Shown piece by piece: positions 62,582 to 64,000 of a stretch of 64,000 bases of DNA (its first letter is position 1; every line of letters starts with the position of its first letter). The notes beneath the pieces are model-generated. The model made no database searches. It saw only the letters and a program-made list of their open reading frames with translations, and was not told the origin of the DNA. Both the position numbers and the translations under genes were made by a program. The stretch is taken from positions 75,375-139,374 of the forward strand of contig CAITZM010000052.1 of assembly GCA_903896925.1 (NCBI GenBank), read 5' to 3'. The DNA comes from an uncultured Lentisphaerota bacterium. GTDB lineage: Bacteria > Verrucomicrobiota > Kiritimatiellia > CAIQIC01.

Positions 62582-63954
62582 GATTTCTTGTTCGCCTTCT
62601 TGCCCTTGGCTTTGGCTTTCGCCACCATCGGCCAGTTCGGGTCGTCCACGCGCGCCTGCTGCATCAGCGCCGCGGCCTTCGCAACCACCTCCGGCTGGCT
62701 TGCGGCGAGATCGGTTTTCTCACCCTCATCCTTGGCGAGGTCATAGAGCTCGATGGCCGCGGCCGGGCCGTTCCGCACGGCTTTCCAGTTGCCGAACCGG
62801 ATCGCCTGGATGGGATGATTGGCCTCGTGCAATTCCCAGTAGAAGCAGTCGCGCCGCGGCGCCGCGCCGCCCTTGAGGAAGGAGACGAGCGAGAAGCCAT
62901 CGGGCTTGCAGGCTGCGGGTATCTGCGCGCCGGCCAGCTCGACGGCGGTCGGCAGGAAATCCCAGAACGCCCACGGCTCCTCGCTGACACGCCCGCCCGG
63001 GATCACGCCGGGCCAGCGCGCGAGCGCCCCCTGGCGTAGTCCACCCTCATACATGCTCCGCTTGAAGCCGCGGAGCTTGCCGCCCATGGACTGGTCGAAC
63101 AGCTTGCCGATTTCCGTATTGGGTGCGAACGACGATCCGTTGTCGCCGGAGAACATCACCAGAGTCTTCTCGTCGAGCTTCAGTTCCTTGAGCAGATCCA
63201 GCAGCCGGCCGACATCGCTGTCCAGCCGCGTGACCATCGCGGCATAGGCCTTCTGCTGCGCAGTCCACGGCTTGTCCTTGTAGATGCCGAGATCATCAAT
63301 CTCGAATTTCGCGTGCGGCAGCGTGATGGCATAGAAGAGGAAGAACGGCTGGTCTTTCTGCTTGCGCACCCAGCCGAGCATGTCGTTCTCGATCAGGTTT
63401 TGCGCGTAGGTCTTGCCGTCGAGCGCGAATGACTTGTCGTCGTTGAAGAGGTGGTCGGGGTAATAGTTGTGCGCGTGGCGCTGGCAGTTGAAGCCGAAGA
63501 AATGGTCGAAGCCTTTCTTCAGCGGGCTGCCGGTGGTGTCGAACATGCCCATGCCCCACTTGCCCATGCAGGCGGTCGCGTAACCGGCGGACTTGAGGAT
63601 TTGCGCGATGGTGACCGTCTCCGGCGGCAGCGGGAATTGGCCGGCGCCGGTCGCGATCTCGCGGTTTGCGCGCACCGGCGAGTGGCCCATGTGCAGCCCG
63701 GTCATCAGCGACGTGCGCGACGGCGCGCAGACCGTGGTGCCGCAGTAGGCCTGCGTATAGCGCGTGCCCTCGGCGGCCATCCGGTCGAGGCGCGGCGTCT
63801 GGATCAGCTTCTGTCCGTAGCAGCCGATATCCCCCTGCGCAAGATCGTCGGAGAGGATGAAGATGATGTTGGGCTTCTCCGCCGCCGCAGCATACGACGC
63901 GGCGAGGCATGCCAGACCCAGACCGAGGGAACTCAGCAGTGTTTTTGTTTTCAT
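62578..63954 (-). CDS. S1-family sulfatase (CAPSR)
   Basis: ATG at 63954 verified; ATGA overlap with the 61094.. start. [28 protein letters not shown]; [18 protein letters not shown]...TPRLDRMA...[20 protein letters not shown]; C-terminus [11 protein letters not shown]. Confidence 0.9.
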   Translation of the reverse strand: MKTKTLLSSLGLGLACLAASYAAAAEKPNIIFILSDDLAQGDIGCYGQKLIQTPRLDRMAAEGTRYTQAYCGTTVCAPSRTSLMTGLHMGHSPVRANREIATGAGQFPLPPETVTIAQILKSAGYATACMGKWGMGMFDTTGSPLKKGFDHFFGFNCQRHAHNYYPDHLFNDDKSFALDGKTYAQNLIENDMLGWVRKQKDQPFFLFYAITLPHAKFEIDDLGIYKDKPWTAQQKAYAAMVTRLDSDVGRLLDLLKELKLDEKTLVMFSGDNGSSFAPNTEIGKLFDQSMGGKLRGFKRSMYEGGLRQGALARWPGVIPGGRVSEEPWAFWDFLPTAVELAGAQIPAACKPDGFSLVSFLKGGAAPRRDCFYWELHEANHPIQAIRFGNWKAVRNGPAAAIELYDLAKDEGEKTDLAASQPEVVAKAAALMQQARVDDPNWPMVAKAKAKGKKANKKS

Positions 63955-64000
63955 GGAGCGCTATATACCTGCACCTTTCTGAAACCGATATCTTCGCCAT

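Noticed and set aside
1-64000. Search for rRNA, tRNA, CRISPR arrays, transposases, integrases, toxin-antitoxin or phage genes
   Set aside because: No cloverleaf-like or rRNA-like stretches and no direct-repeat arrays. No DDE-transposase or tyrosine-recombinase motifs appear in any frame. The only mobile-like features are the two non-coding nested-IR elements.

Overview
This is a 64-kb, GC-rich (~63-65%) window that is almost entirely coding on the minus strand. It reads as a very large sulfatase island or polysaccharide-utilisation-like locus.

I count 24 Cys-type (C-x-P-x-R) S1-family sulfatase genes. They are interleaved with glycoside-hydrolase-like genes: three paralogous GH42/GH35-like TIM-barrel proteins, one DUF4838-like protein, two five-bladed beta-propeller GH130/GH43/GH32-like proteins (one with a LamG domain), one right-handed parallel beta-helix protein and one large unclassified protein. 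There are four esterase genes (two paralogous sialate O-acetylesterase/SGNH-type and two alpha/beta-hydrolases), a concanavalin-like + PD40 beta-propeller protein, a small secreted HxH (cupin-like?) protein, and a single plus-strand LamG-domain gene.

Nearly all products carry stereotyped Sec signal peptides (...LLLAPLAAL[HRC]AA[DE]...), two carry Tat signals, and many neighbouring genes overlap by 4 bp (ATGA), implying long translationally coupled operons. Sulfatase density, GC and signal-peptide style fit a PVC-superphylum glycan degrader (Verrucomicrobiota/Planctomycetota/Kiritimatiellota-like). The likely substrate is a sulfated, O-acetylated polysaccharide (fucoidan-, mucin- or carrageenan-like). 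This taxonomic and substrate assignment is inference from sequence and has not been searched.

I found no rRNA, tRNA, CRISPR, transposase, integrase, formylglycine-generating enzyme (FGE) or anaerobic sulfatase-maturating enzyme (anSME). Non-coding and structural highlights are: two copies of a nested inverted-repeat (REP/BIME- or MITE-like) element; a conserved ~55-bp leader ahead of two sulfatase operon heads; a duplicated gene-junction module that carries a sulfatase 3'-end relic; a second sulfatase 3'-end relic; a perfect 16-bp palindrome upstream of an esterase gene; signal-peptide families shared across unrelated enzyme classes; a sulfatase with a non-canonical C-S-T-S-R active-site motif; a sulfatase with a C-terminal EF-hand pair; and Lys-rich C-terminal tails on many sulfatases. 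The long plus-strand ORFs in the supplied track are antisense artefacts of GC-rich coding and are rejected.

The ORF track writes 'M' for GTG/TTG starts; start codons were checked against the sequence where stated. My reading of line positions is occasionally off by 1 nt relative to the ORF-track coordinates, so non-coding coordinates are +/-2 nt.
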